Positions 48,053 to 58,398 of a stretch of DNA of 64,000 nt are shown one piece after another; position 1 is the stretch's first letter; every line of letters begins with the position of its first letter. This DNA comes from Candidatus Woesearchaeota archaeon (GTDB lineage: Archaea; Nanobdellota; Nanobdellia; Woesearchaeales; JACPBO01), in NCBI GenBank assembly GCA_030651135.1, contig JAUSCS010000006.1, positions 650,160 through 714,159 of the forward strand. The letters run 5' to 3'. Both the position numbers and the translations under genes were made by a program. A model generated the notes under the pieces. The model saw only the letters and a list, made by a program, of their open reading frames with translations, searched no databases and was not told where the DNA came from.

Positions 48053-48657
48053 AGCTAAAGAAAAAATATTTGAACTATGGCTTTTTTGTTTTTATCATTC
48101 TGGTAGTTTTGTTTTTTTATTTAAAAAATGTTAATAAGCCTTATTACCCTGATATTTACACGCCAAGGCCTGTTTTGGGCAATGAAAGCGCCAGGATAAC
48201 AATAACAGAGTTTTCTGATCTTCAATGCCCTGCATGCAAGGCAGCACATCCGACTGTCAACAGGATAATGGAAGAATTCAAAAATGATGTAAAGCTGGAA
48301 TACATGCATTTTCCGCTGCCAATGCACCAGTATGCGTTTAAAGCAGCAGAAGCAGCAGAATGCGCGAATGATCAGGGCAAATTCTGGGAATTTGTTGACA
48401 AAGTGCACGCAAGCTCTGATGATCCGACGCCAAGAAAATTGAAAAACTATGCAAAAGAATTAAGCTTAGACATGAAAAACTTCAGCAACTGCCTTGATTC
48501 ATCAGCAAAAGCATCTTATGTTGCAAGAGATGTAAGGGAAGCCAAGAATATGGGTGTTGATGCAACTCCGACATTTTTCATTAACGGAGAAAAGCTGAGC
48601 AATTGGAGATATGACATTTTTAAGCAGAAGATAATGGAAGAAATAGCTAAAAAATAG
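48049..48657 (+). CDS. membrane-anchored DsbA-like thiol:disulfide oxidoreductase
   Basis: TM helix; [14 protein letters not shown]; overlaps the copA stop. Confidence 0.65.
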   Translation: MKLKKKYLNYGFFVFIILVVLFFYLKNVNKPYYPDIYTPRPVLGNESARITITEFSDLQCPACKAAHPTVNRIMEEFKNDVKLEYMHFPLPMHQYAFKAAEAAECANDQGKFWEFVDKVHASSDDPTPRKLKNYAKELSLDMKNFSNCLDSSAKASYVARDVREAKNMGVDATPTFFINGEKLSNWRYDIFKQKIMEEIAKK

Positions 48658-48885
48658 AACTATATCGTATGCGCTGTTATACATACCGAGCCATAGTGAA
48701 AATGTAATGTGGTTAGAACGAAGTAAGAAAGTCAGATTTTATTTTCAAAATTTGTGCGACAGCACAGAATATTATTGTAAAGTCGGGGGCACCTACAATT
48801 TAAGTAGTAACTTATTAGGGGTAATAATCAAAAGATTTATAAAGTCTAGGCCATAAAGACCAAATATCTAAAGATTTACAATAAA

Positions 48886-49737
48886 ATGGAACTAGAAGGA
48901 AGAATCGCACTTAAAAGACCTCTTAAAAAAGGAATTGAAAAAATAGAACTAGGAATTAATCATTTTCATAATGGCGCCATTATAGTTAATTGTGCAGGAA
49001 GTCTTGAAGATCTTAATGGTCATAATGGCAGATATAGGCAAATGGCAGAATTTATGCAAAAAAAAGAGCTCGGTACTATTGTGAGAGTTGGAAATAAATT
49101 TTCAGGAGATTTTTCGTGGCCAAAAAATTCAATGGATAATCTTAGATTTGTTATAGATTACTGCCTAAAGAAGGGAGAACTACTGAGTGGAAATGTAGAT
49201 CCAACATTATACCTTATGGGTTATTCGGCAGGTGCAGGTATTGTTGCAACAGTTGCTTCAGAATTTTCTGCTGTTGAAAAGATCCTCTTAATAGCTCCGG
49301 GAATTGATTGCGGTCCTAAAAAAACTCGAGAAGGATTAGAAAAATACGCAGGAGAAGTTTATATTGTCATTGGAAAAAATGATTATACTGTTGGATTAAA
49401 TGCAGGAGCCACTTTCTATAGATGGGCATCTCAATCAAGAAAAAAAGAATTAGTAAAAATTCCACAATGTACACATGATTTTGAAGGTGAAAAAAACAGT
49501 AGAATTCTCAGCAAGGCACCCATATGGGCTTTCGCAGGAGATGAGACCTTTCCATCGCCAGAAGGTGGAATAATAATGTATGATAAAGGTAAGGGTCCAT
49601 TCAAAATAAGGTTCTATAGTTCACTTGATTCTGGGCTTGTAGATGTCCCACCAACCGAAGCCCAGAAACGTGAATATCATCTTTATGACTTAGGCGTAAC
49701 AAGAATTAGTTATGGCAGAGCTCAAAGAGACTTATAA
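48886..49737 (+). CDS. alpha/beta-hydrolase-fold protein
   Basis: GYSAGAG (GxSxG nucleophile elbow); flanked by unusually long intergenic gaps. Confidence 0.5.
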   Translation: MELEGRIALKRPLKKGIEKIELGINHFHNGAIIVNCAGSLEDLNGHNGRYRQMAEFMQKKELGTIVRVGNKFSGDFSWPKNSMDNLRFVIDYCLKKGELLSGNVDPTLYLMGYSAGAGIVATVASEFSAVEKILLIAPGIDCGPKKTREGLEKYAGEVYIVIGKNDYTVGLNAGATFYRWASQSRKKELVKIPQCTHDFEGEKNSRILSKAPIWAFAGDETFPSPEGGIIMYDKGKGPFKIRFYSSLDSGLVDVPPTEAQKREYHLYDLGVTRISYGRAQRDL

Positions 49738-49961
49738 AATGTTAGTCTAAGACTTATAACCTGAACTGAATTAAGTAAACTGGTTCTGTTTTCATTTAGC
49801 TACTACATGACTTTCACCAAGAAGGCGAAGTGGTGCTCCTGACTTTTGTTCCTAAAACAAGAAAATCGGATTTCGTATAACTTGGATTTCAGTAATATTT
49901 AAAAAGTACAACACCTTACATCTAATTGGCCTATATTATTTTGGGGTAAGAAGGCAATAAA

Positions 49962-50579
49962 ATGACTGACTTCGACAAATTAGCATCACTTGAAACAATC
50001 AATGAAACGATCAAAGCCTTAAAAGCCAGAGGCATAACTGCTGAGCTTGTTGAAACAAAAGAAAATGCATTGGAAAAATTAAGAGAGCTGATCCCTGAAA
50101 AATCAGAGATCATGACAGGCGGCTCTACAACATTGGAGCAGGTAGGGTTTGTTGATTTGCTTAAATCCAAAAAGCATCCATGGAAAAATTTAAAAGACGA
50201 AATCCTGGCTGAAAAAAATGAGGCAAAACAAACAGAGCTTAGAAAAAGGAGCATAAGCTCTCAGTTCTTTATAGGAAGCATTCAGGCAGTTGTTGAAACA
50301 GGCGAAGTGCTGATTGCAAGCGCCTCCGGAAGCCAGATTCCGGCATATGCATTTTCATCTGATAATGCCATATGGGTTGTCGGGGCGCAGAAGATCGTTT
50401 CAAGCTTAGAAGAAGGGTTCAAGCGAATCAGAGAGCATTGTTTTCCTCTGGAAGACAAGAGGATGAAAAGCATTGGCTATGGAGGCAGCACAATTGGAAA
50501 GATTTTGCTGTTTGAAAGGGAGATAATGCCGAATCGCAGGATAACTTTGATCTTTGTGAATGAAAAGCTTGGGTTTTAA
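49962..50579 (+). CDS. LUD-domain (LutC/YkgG-like) protein
   Basis: 205 aa with a LutC-like layout; this is weak. Confidence 0.45.
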   Translation: MTDFDKLASLETINETIKALKARGITAELVETKENALEKLRELIPEKSEIMTGGSTTLEQVGFVDLLKSKKHPWKNLKDEILAEKNEAKQTELRKRSISSQFFIGSIQAVVETGEVLIASASGSQIPAYAFSSDNAIWVVGAQKIVSSLEEGFKRIREHCFPLEDKRMKSIGYGGSTIGKILLFEREIMPNRRITLIFVNEKLGF

Positions 50580-50580
50580 G

Positions 50581-51516
50581 ATGGCAAAAATAACAATCAT
50601 CGGAGCAGGAAATGTCGGTGCAACAGCAGCGCATCTGCTGGCTTTGAAGAATTTGGCAGATATTGTGTTAGTTGATATTGTTGAAGGTGTGCCTCAGGGA
50701 AAATCCCTTGACATATTGGAATCCGGTCCTATCGAAGGGTTCAATCATAAAATTATCGGAACAAACAATTATGAGGATACAAAGGACTCTGACATTATAG
50801 TTATAACAGCAGGCATTGCGAGAAAGCCTGGAATGACAAGGGAGGATTTGCTTAAGATAAATGCGTCCATTGTAAAAGGCGTTGTAGAGAGCGCGGTTAA
50901 ATATTCGCAGAATGCCATATTGATCGTTGTAACAAATCCTTTAGATGCAATGGTTTATCTGGCTGCAAAAATAAGCAATTTTTCAAAAAACAAAGTGATT
51001 GGTATGGCAGGTGTTCTTGACACAGCAAGATTTAAAACATTTATTGCTGAAGAACTGAATATTGATGCAAAAAAGATTGAAGCGATTGTTCTCGGCAGCC
51101 ATGGCGATGACATGGTGCCATTGATAAGCAAAACAACAATAGATGGGGAGCCGATTACAGAGTTATTGCCTGCTGAGAAAATAAATGAGCTGGTTGAAAG
51201 GACAAGGAAGGGTGGAATTGAGATTGTTAATCTGCTGAAGACAGGCTCTGCGTATTATGCTCCTGCTTCTTCAATTGTTGAAATGATTGATGCCATATTG
51301 AATGACAGGAAAAAGCTGCTGCCCTGTGCTGCCTATTGCGACAAAGAATATGGCATTGGAGGCTATTTCATAGGAGTTCCTGCAATATTGGGCAATAACG
51401 GAGTTGAGAAAGTGGTTGAATTAGATCTTAATGACGAGGAAAAGATGCAGTTTGAAAGGACTGTGGAGCATGTGAAAGAATTGTGCGGTGAAGTGGATAA
51501 ACTGCTGACGAAATGA
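50581..51516 (+). CDS. mdh: L-lactate/malate dehydrogenase
   Basis: Likely start MAKITIIGAGNVGAT. ...ITAGIARKPGMTR..., ...GSHGD..., LDH/MDH family. Confidence 0.8.
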   Translation: MAKITIIGAGNVGATAAHLLALKNLADIVLVDIVEGVPQGKSLDILESGPIEGFNHKIIGTNNYEDTKDSDIIVITAGIARKPGMTREDLLKINASIVKGVVESAVKYSQNAILIVVTNPLDAMVYLAAKISNFSKNKVIGMAGVLDTARFKTFIAEELNIDAKKIEAIVLGSHGDDMVPLISKTTIDGEPITELLPAEKINELVERTRKGGIEIVNLLKTGSAYYAPASSIVEMIDAILNDRKKLLPCAAYCDKEYGIGGYFIGVPAILGNNGVEKVVELDLNDEEKMQFERTVEHVKELCGEVDKLLTK

Positions 51517-51521
51517 AATAG

Positions 51522-52037
51522 TTACAACAGCCCTTCCATAATATCTTTAACTAATCTTATTTCATTAGTTTTGCCATAGCCTTCGACTTTAACAATGCCT
51601 TTCTCAGCTAATTTTTTAATTGTCCTGTGTGATCTGAGCTTGTTCATCCCTTCCAGCCTCGTGATATCAGCTTGCAGCATTCTTCCTTTATTTTCAAGCA
51701 GTTTCTCCACAACCTTTCTTTCTTCTCTTGCCAAAAACTTGAATATTATATCGATGTTCCTTTTCAAAGATTTTTCCTTTGCTTCAACCTTGAATGACAT
51801 TGTATAGTAAGTAGCAGCCCCGACAACAACACCCAGGCTCACTAAAATAGGTATGAGGTCAAAAATGGAAATGTTCCATCCGAATACAGGGCATGTAAGG
51901 GAATTTCTTTCTTTGTAGTATGAGCTTATTGAGAATACAATAAACAGAAACACAGCGATCATCCCTATTCCGAGCACGATCTTCTTATTCTGGATCATGG
52001 AAACAACTAATCCGAGCTTATTTTTAAGCTTTTCCAT
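51522..52037 (-). CDS. membrane-anchored winged-HTH protein (paralog of 31279 and 37925)
   Basis: Likely start MEKLKNK; the track start overlaps the next gene. Two TM helices plus a C-terminal wHTH. Confidence 0.5.
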   Translation of the reverse strand: MEKLKNKLGLVVSMIQNKKIVLGIGMIAVFLFIVFSISSYYKERNSLTCPVFGWNISIFDLIPILVSLGVVVGAATYYTMSFKVEAKEKSLKRNIDIIFKFLAREERKVVEKLLENKGRMLQADITRLEGMNKLRSHRTIKKLAEKGIVKVEGYGKTNEIRLVKDIMEGLL

Positions 52038-52096
52038 GGTTTCATCAAGTAATATATATGGTTTCAGCTTATTGATACTGTGTTTTATACAGGCTG

Positions 52097-53056
52097 GTGA
52101 ATGATATGAAAGTAAAAATGAAGAAATTATACATATGGCAGGCCATATCGGCTGTATTGCTGATATCCTTGATAGCATCTTTAATGCCGGACAAGGCATC
52201 TGGCCCATCAAAAGAGCAAGCAGCAAAGAAGGCAATTGATTTCATAAACGCGAATATGCTGCAGGGGCAGGCAGCAGCTGTATTGAAAAGTGTTGGAGAG
52301 AAAAACGGCCTTTACACCGTGAGTTTCAGCATTGGCAATCAGCAGTATGATTCCTATGTGACAAAAGACGGCAGCTTGCTGTTCCCATCTGCAATACCTT
52401 TAGAAGCAGCTGATCAGCAGCAGGCCAGCTCACAAACTAGTTCGCAGTCTTATCCAAAAACAGACAAGCCGAAAGTTGAATTGTTTGTGATGAGCCACTG
52501 CCCATATGGCGTCAAAGCGCAGGAAATACTTGTGCCTGTACTGAGATTATTAGGAGAATCTGCAGAAATAAAAACAAGATTTGTATCTTATGCAATGCAC
52601 GGCAAAATAGAGATTGATGATAACAGCATAGAATACTGCATACAAAAAGAGCAGGAGAGCAAATATGCAGATTATTTAGCCTGCTTTGTAAAATCGCAAA
52701 AATCTGATGAATGCATCAAGTCTGTTGGGATTGATGCCAATAATTTAAACTCATGCATCAATTTAATAGATAAGCAATATAGTATTACAGCGCTATACAA
52801 CGATCAATCAACCTGGCTTAGCGGCCGCTATCCGCAATATCCTGTTGACAAGGAGCTAAATCAGCAGTATGATGTGCAGGGCTCTGAAACACTTATTGTC
52901 AATGGCGTGCATGTATCCGCTGCAGAATACAGATGGGATTCTGACAAACTGAAGGCGATTATATGTTCTGCATTTAATACAGCACCGGCAGAATGCTCAC
53001 AGAATCTAGGTTCTTCGGCTAGCCCTTCCAGCCCTTCTGCAGGAAGCTGCAGCTGA
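52097..53056 (+). CDS. secreted thioredoxin-fold protein (CPYG variant) with Ser/Pro-rich C-terminus
   Basis: Signal/TM; ELFVMSHCPYGVKAQ. Confidence 0.4.
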   Translation: MNDMKVKMKKLYIWQAISAVLLISLIASLMPDKASGPSKEQAAKKAIDFINANMLQGQAAAVLKSVGEKNGLYTVSFSIGNQQYDSYVTKDGSLLFPSAIPLEAADQQQASSQTSSQSYPKTDKPKVELFVMSHCPYGVKAQEILVPVLRLLGESAEIKTRFVSYAMHGKIEIDDNSIEYCIQKEQESKYADYLACFVKSQKSDECIKSVGIDANNLNSCINLIDKQYSITALYNDQSTWLSGRYPQYPVDKELNQQYDVQGSETLIVNGVHVSAAEYRWDSDKLKAIICSAFNTAPAECSQNLGSSASPSSPSAGSCS

Positions 53057-53099
53057 GCAAACAGTAAACTATATAAAACAAATACATTAACTTATCAAC

Positions 53100-54017
53100 A
53101 TGATATGCTTGCTGGCTTTAATTGTGTTTGCAGTGCTGGGAATTTTCAGCTCCACTCATAGATTGCTTGCAAAAGAGGCATTTGACTGCGTTTTCAGAAG
53201 ACTAACATTAAGGAAATGCGAATCCGGCTTAGATAAAAGGCTGAAAAGCAATATAACCGGAAAGCTGATGAGAAAGAGCCCAAGGCTTGCAGGATTAATA
53301 TATAAAAACTTTGAAATCATTTCCTGGGCATTTACAATATTGCTTGTTGTCAGCCTTATTTATTCAGCATATTCTGGCTATAACTATTTTAAATACGGCA
53401 ACTGCTACGGCAAGCCGTCAGAAGCATTCTGCATATTTGACCCTGCAGGAAACACAAAAGCAACTGTGTATGACTATGGCTATTCTGGCCCTGTAACATT
53501 CCCAACAATAGATGATGACCCGTATCTCGGCTCAAAAAATGCAAATGTTACAGTAATAGAATTCGGCTGCTTCATGTGCAAATACACGAAAAAGGCAGAG
53601 GCAACTGTAAAGGAAATAATAAAAGCTTATGGTGATAAGATTCTGTATGTTTACAGGGATTTTCCATTAAATGAGAGGCATTTGGAGGCAGATATTCATG
53701 CTGAGGCAGCTGACTGCGCATCGGAGCAGGATAAGTACTGGGAGTATCATGATCTACTTTTTGAAGAGCAGGAAATGGAGAACCATACTATGATGTTAAA
53801 GGGCTTTGCAGAGAAGCTCGGGCTGAACATGTCAGAGTTTAACGAATGTTTCGACAGCAGAAAATACAGGGAAGAAGTTTTAAATGACTTTGAAGACGGG
53901 CTTAAGGCAGGCATTGTTGGAACACCGACATTTTTCATAAACAACAAAACACTTGTTGGGCCGCGAAGCTTTAACGAATTCAAGAAGGTAATTGACAAAG
54001 AGTTGCAGCGGAAATAA
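53100..54017 (+). CDS. membrane protein fused to a DsbA-like thioredoxin domain (CxxC)
   Basis: N-terminal TM helices with paired Cys, then EFGCFMCKY and a DsbA fold. Confidence 0.55.
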   Translation: MICLLALIVFAVLGIFSSTHRLLAKEAFDCVFRRLTLRKCESGLDKRLKSNITGKLMRKSPRLAGLIYKNFEIISWAFTILLVVSLIYSAYSGYNYFKYGNCYGKPSEAFCIFDPAGNTKATVYDYGYSGPVTFPTIDDDPYLGSKNANVTVIEFGCFMCKYTKKAEATVKEIIKAYGDKILYVYRDFPLNERHLEADIHAEAADCASEQDKYWEYHDLLFEEQEMENHTMMLKGFAEKLGLNMSEFNECFDSRKYREEVLNDFEDGLKAGIVGTPTFFINNKTLVGPRSFNEFKKVIDKELQRK

Positions 54018-54018
54018 A

Positions 54019-55221
54019 ATGCTGAATACAAATAAAATACGCGAGGATTTTGAAATTCTGAATAAAAGTATAAAAGGAAAGCCAATCATATACTTTGACA
54101 ATGCGTGCATGTCATTGAAGCCAAAGCAGGTTGTTGAGACAATGAACCGCTATTACAATGAATTCCCGGCATGCGGCGGAAGAAGCCTGCATTCTTTGGG
54201 CAAAAAAGTAACAGAAGAGGTAAGAAATGCAAGAAAAACAATGCAAAAATTCATAAATGCAAAGAGCGAGAAAGAAATAATCTTTACAAAAAATACAACA
54301 GAAGCCATTAACCTTATTGCAAATGCATTTAATCTTGAAGAAGGCGATGAAGTGATAACCACGGACAAGGAACACAATTCTAATCTGCTTCCGTGGCAAA
54401 GATTGAAGGAAACAAAAGGCATTATTCATCAGATTGCTGATTTTAATGATCCGGAAGATTTAAAAAACAAAATAACCAATAAAACAAAGCTAATCTCGAT
54501 GGTACACAGCTCTAATCTGGATGGCACTTCAATAAATGCAAAAGAAATAATAAAAATTGCGCATTACAATAAAGTTGCTGTAATGCTTGACTGCGCCCAG
54601 TCCATTCCGCACAAGGAAGTTGATGTGAGAAAGCTTGATGCTGACTTCATTGCATTTTCAGGCCATAAGATGCTTGGGCCTACAGGAACAGGCTGCCTTT
54701 ACGGAAAAGAAGCCTTGCTTGAAAAATTATCTCCTTTTATTGTGGGCGGCGACACTGTGAAAGATACAACTTATTCAACAGCAGAATTTGAAGATCTGCC
54801 TGAAAGGCTTGAAGCCGGGCTGCAGAATTATGCCGGAATTATCGGCTTTGCAGAAGCTGCGAATTACTTGATGAGGATTGGAAAAAAAGACATTGAGCAG
54901 CACGAATTGAAGCTGAACAAGAAAATAACAGATGAATTGCTGAAAATAAATGGTTTTGAGTTTATTGGCCCGAAAGAAGCAGAGCAGAGAGGCGGAATAA
55001 TAAGCTTCAATATAAAAAACATGGATCCGCACAATATTGCAATGATCCTAGACCAGTCCGCCAATATAATGATCAGAAGCGGAGCTCACTGCGTTCATTC
55101 ATGGTTCAATGCGCATCAAATGAAAGGAAGCGCAAGGGCATCTTTGTATCTGTACAATACAGAAGAGGAAGCGAATGTTTTTATTGAGGAAATGAAAAAG
55201 ATTGTTAAATTCTTAAAATAA
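54019..55221 (+). CDS. cysteine desulfurase (aminotransferase class V, SufS/CsdA-like)
   Basis: Likely start MLNTNKIRE. SGHKMLGPTGTG (PLP Lys); active-site loop RSGAHC. Confidence 0.75.
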   Translation: MLNTNKIREDFEILNKSIKGKPIIYFDNACMSLKPKQVVETMNRYYNEFPACGGRSLHSLGKKVTEEVRNARKTMQKFINAKSEKEIIFTKNTTEAINLIANAFNLEEGDEVITTDKEHNSNLLPWQRLKETKGIIHQIADFNDPEDLKNKITNKTKLISMVHSSNLDGTSINAKEIIKIAHYNKVAVMLDCAQSIPHKEVDVRKLDADFIAFSGHKMLGPTGTGCLYGKEALLEKLSPFIVGGDTVKDTTYSTAEFEDLPERLEAGLQNYAGIIGFAEAANYLMRIGKKDIEQHELKLNKKITDELLKINGFEFIGPKEAEQRGGIISFNIKNMDPHNIAMILDQSANIMIRSGAHCVHSWFNAHQMKGSARASLYLYNTEEEANVFIEEMKKIVKFLK

Positions 55222-55230
55222 ACAAAATAA

Positions 55231-55671
55231 ATGACACTTAAAAAATTTTTGATAAACAAACTTAAGAAATTCTTCGGCTTTGATAAATACGAATTCAATA
55301 AAATCATTGTAGATAAAGAAGTCATTGAAAAGATCATCGATCTTGCAAAGCAGGCTTACCCAAAGGAATTTGTCATTCTGCTCGAAGGTAAGTTTGAAAA
55401 CAAAGAGCTGGTCATAACTGATGTTTTATTTAACACTTACCAGGCATCGAACAATGCAACATCCATGACGCTTGATCTTCCGATAACCTCGAAAATAATA
55501 GGGACAGCGCATTCACATCCGGGCCATAGCAATATGCCTTCTGGGGCAGATCTGACTTTTTTCAACAAATACGGAATGGTGCACATTATCATAGCATATC
55601 CGTTTAATGCAGATACGATCAGGATGTACAATATTTATGGGGATGAGATTGGGTTTTTTGTAAAAGATTGA
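55231..55671 (+). CDS. JAMM/MPN+ metalloprotease
   Basis: E...HSHPGHSNMPSGAD is the JAMM motif. Confidence 0.6.
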   Translation: MTLKKFLINKLKKFFGFDKYEFNKIIVDKEVIEKIIDLAKQAYPKEFVILLEGKFENKELVITDVLFNTYQASNNATSMTLDLPITSKIIGTAHSHPGHSNMPSGADLTFFNKYGMVHIIIAYPFNADTIRMYNIYGDEIGFFVKD

Positions 55672-55818
55672 TCCAAAATTCAAATACATAAACTTTAAAT
55701 ACATAAACTGCCTCTTTAATATCATGATCCATGCCGGTTTATCAGCTAAAAAAACAAGTTCTATAGCAGAAATCACCTTCATTATTTAGAACACAGCAGA
55801 AAGTTTCTGCAGGCCAAA

Positions 55819-57360
55819 ATGATAATTTACGACACAACGCTTCGCGACGGAACCCAAAACAAGGATGTGAATCTGACAGTCCGTGATAAAGTGGAGTTTG
55901 CAAAGATCCTTGATGATTTCAAAGCGGATTACATCGAATTGGGCTGGCCCGGATCCAATCCGAAGGACATGGAGGCATTCCTGGAAGCTTCAAAATTAAA
56001 ATTTAATCATGCCAAAATAGCAGCTTTCTGCAGCACAAGGAAAAAAGAGCTTAAAGCAAATGAGGATCCTAATCTCAGGGCAGTTCTTGATTCAAAAGCA
56101 GCAGCTGCCGCAGTATTCGGCAAGACATGGATTCTGCACATTGAAAGGCAGCTTAAGGCGTCAAAAGATGAAAATCTTGATGCAATAAGCGATTCAATAA
56201 AATTTCTTAAAAAAAGCAATTTAGAAGTTTTTTTCGATGCAGAACATTTCTTCGACGGCTTTAAAGACGATAAAGAATATGCATTAGAGTGCCTTAAAAA
56301 GGCAGTTGATGCAGGAGCTTCCTGCATTGTTCTGTGCGACACGAATGGCGGCTGTTTGCCTGATGAAATCCTTGGAATAGTCAATGAAGTCAGAGCTGCA
56401 TTTCCAGATGCACAGCTCGGCATTCACTGCCATAACGATTCAGGCTGCGCAGTTGCAAACACATTGATTGTTGCAGGCAAAGTTAACCATATCCAGGGAA
56501 CAATTAACGGCGTCGGAGAGCGCTGCGGCAATGCTGATCTGTGCCAGATTCTTCCTAATATTGTATTAAAGAAAAACATACAGATAAATGCTGATCTTTC
56601 AAAGCTGAAAGAGGTTTCAGATAAATTCAATATTTTAGCGAATATTAAGCCGCAGCCTAATCAGCCCTTTGTAGGAAAAAATGCATTCTCCCATAAGGGG
56701 GGTGTCCATGTTGATGCGCTCAGCAAGGGCGCTTCTTACGAGCATATTGATCCGGAAGCAGTCGGCAATTCCCGCGATATTGTTTTGTCAGACCTTTCAG
56801 GCTCGGCTAATATTGTTGAGGCAGTTAAGCAGTTCGGCGTTAATGCGGATAAAAAAGACCCGAGAATAAAAGAAATGCTTGACGAGGTCAAGCTTCTGGA
56901 AAAGAAAGGCTATGATATCGGTGATTTGGAAGCTGAGAAATATTTATTGGCAAATAAGCATTTTCTTAAAAAAGATCCTTTATTCACAATAAATGGCTGG
57001 AAGATCATTTCTGAAAATATAGATGGTGAACTCTACTCTGAATGCATTATGGACGGCAATGTGAACGGCAGCAAAATCGATGTCATTGCCCCTGTAAAAG
57101 AGCAGGGCCCTGTTGATGCAGCATATGATGCTTTCAAAAAGCTTTTGGCCTCTTTCAGGCAGCTGGATGATATAAAGCTCATAAACTATAAAGTTATGAT
57201 CGCAGAGGATAAAGGCGCGGAATCTTCAGTAAGGGTTTACATAGAATTCAGCAATAATGGGAATGAGTGGGCAACTATTGGCGTTAATGAGAACATACTG
57301 AGCGCTTCGCTTGAGGCTATTGAAAAAGGATTCCGTTATTATTTATTGAGATTTTGCTGA
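55819..57360 (+). CDS. leuA: 2-isopropylmalate synthase / (R)-citramalate synthase (LeuA/CimA family, with C-terminal regulatory domain)
   Basis: YDTTLRDGTQ, HCHNDSGCAVANTL, LeuA-dimer C-terminus. Confidence 0.8.
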   Translation: MIIYDTTLRDGTQNKDVNLTVRDKVEFAKILDDFKADYIELGWPGSNPKDMEAFLEASKLKFNHAKIAAFCSTRKKELKANEDPNLRAVLDSKAAAAAVFGKTWILHIERQLKASKDENLDAISDSIKFLKKSNLEVFFDAEHFFDGFKDDKEYALECLKKAVDAGASCIVLCDTNGGCLPDEILGIVNEVRAAFPDAQLGIHCHNDSGCAVANTLIVAGKVNHIQGTINGVGERCGNADLCQILPNIVLKKNIQINADLSKLKEVSDKFNILANIKPQPNQPFVGKNAFSHKGGVHVDALSKGASYEHIDPEAVGNSRDIVLSDLSGSANIVEAVKQFGVNADKKDPRIKEMLDEVKLLEKKGYDIGDLEAEKYLLANKHFLKKDPLFTINGWKIISENIDGELYSECIMDGNVNGSKIDVIAPVKEQGPVDAAYDAFKKLLASFRQLDDIKLINYKVMIAEDKGAESSVRVYIEFSNNGNEWATIGVNENILSASLEAIEKGFRYYLLRFC

Positions 57361-57386
57361 ATTAATCTATGGCAGAAAAAGAGAAA

Positions 57387-58175
57387 CTATTTTAATATAT
57401 AAGTTATATTTATATCGCCAGTTGATGTTTCAACTAACAAGGTACCTATAGATTTTGCATTTGGCGGCGTATATACACCATTACCTTCTGAAATCATTTT
57501 CTTTACATTTACTTCTCCTGTAGATGTGTTTGTTTCAACAGTAAGTGGAGCATATAGTTCTAAAGATATATCGCCAGTTGATGTTCTAATGATGCCTTTG
57601 TGAGTCACTTTACCCTCAATATCTCCTGTTGATGTCTTAATATCAATTTCTAGTCCCGGATTGGATTTTGGTAAACTTAATACGCCCTCTAATCCATTAA
57701 TGAATAAATGATTATTTTTATATCCTGGCTCGCTACCAGTATTTCCCTTAACATAAACTTTATCCTTTTCAGATAAGCCAAGAGCAACATCGTTTGTACT
57801 TTCTCTTAAAGAAACCTTATTCACACCACAATACTCTTTATCAATCTCATATTCTAAATTCTTACCACCTATTGAAACACTAGATCCGCCACCAGATATA
57901 ACAACAGAACTTCCACTTACTACGCCTGTGCAGATATTGCTGCCCTGGATATGAATGCCGCTTCTACCGGCACCTTTCTTGTAATTTATTACTGTTCCTT
58001 TAACTTCTAGTCTGCCATTTTCAGGCATCTCTCCTGTTATCAAGTCTCTACCATCAGAAACATATGCGTATTTTTGTCCATCGCAGGATATAGCAATATT
58101 ATTAATTATACTGGCTCCTGAAAATTCCTCAGGTAACTCGACACCATTGATTACTGTTCTTTTTCTTCTAAGCAT
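57387..58175 (-). CDS. beta-strand repeat protein (DUF4097-like putative adhesin)
   Basis: Repeated TSTGDI/TSTGEV units; Gly/Ser-rich. Confidence 0.4.
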   Translation of the reverse strand: MLRRKRTVINGVELPEEFSGASIINNIAISCDGQKYAYVSDGRDLITGEMPENGRLEVKGTVINYKKGAGRSGIHIQGSNICTGVVSGSSVVISGGGSSVSIGGKNLEYEIDKEYCGVNKVSLRESTNDVALGLSEKDKVYVKGNTGSEPGYKNNHLFINGLEGVLSLPKSNPGLEIDIKTSTGDIEGKVTHKGIIRTSTGDISLELYAPLTVETNTSTGEVNVKKMISEGNGVYTPPNAKSIGTLLVETSTGDINITYILK

Positions 58176-58398
58176 TCGATTTCACCTTTAATTTATATAT
58201 GAATACGATAATGCAGCTAGTATTTAAATCTTTCGGTTTTGTTACTACTAATTGATTAATACTAATTTAAAAAATTTGGGCATTTAACAATAAGAACAGA
58301 TGAATCAACGAAATAGAACTGCCTTCCTGCGAATTGATCTGTATGTATTAAAATAAACAATAACCTTTAAAAACTAAAACATTAAATAAACTCTTAGC

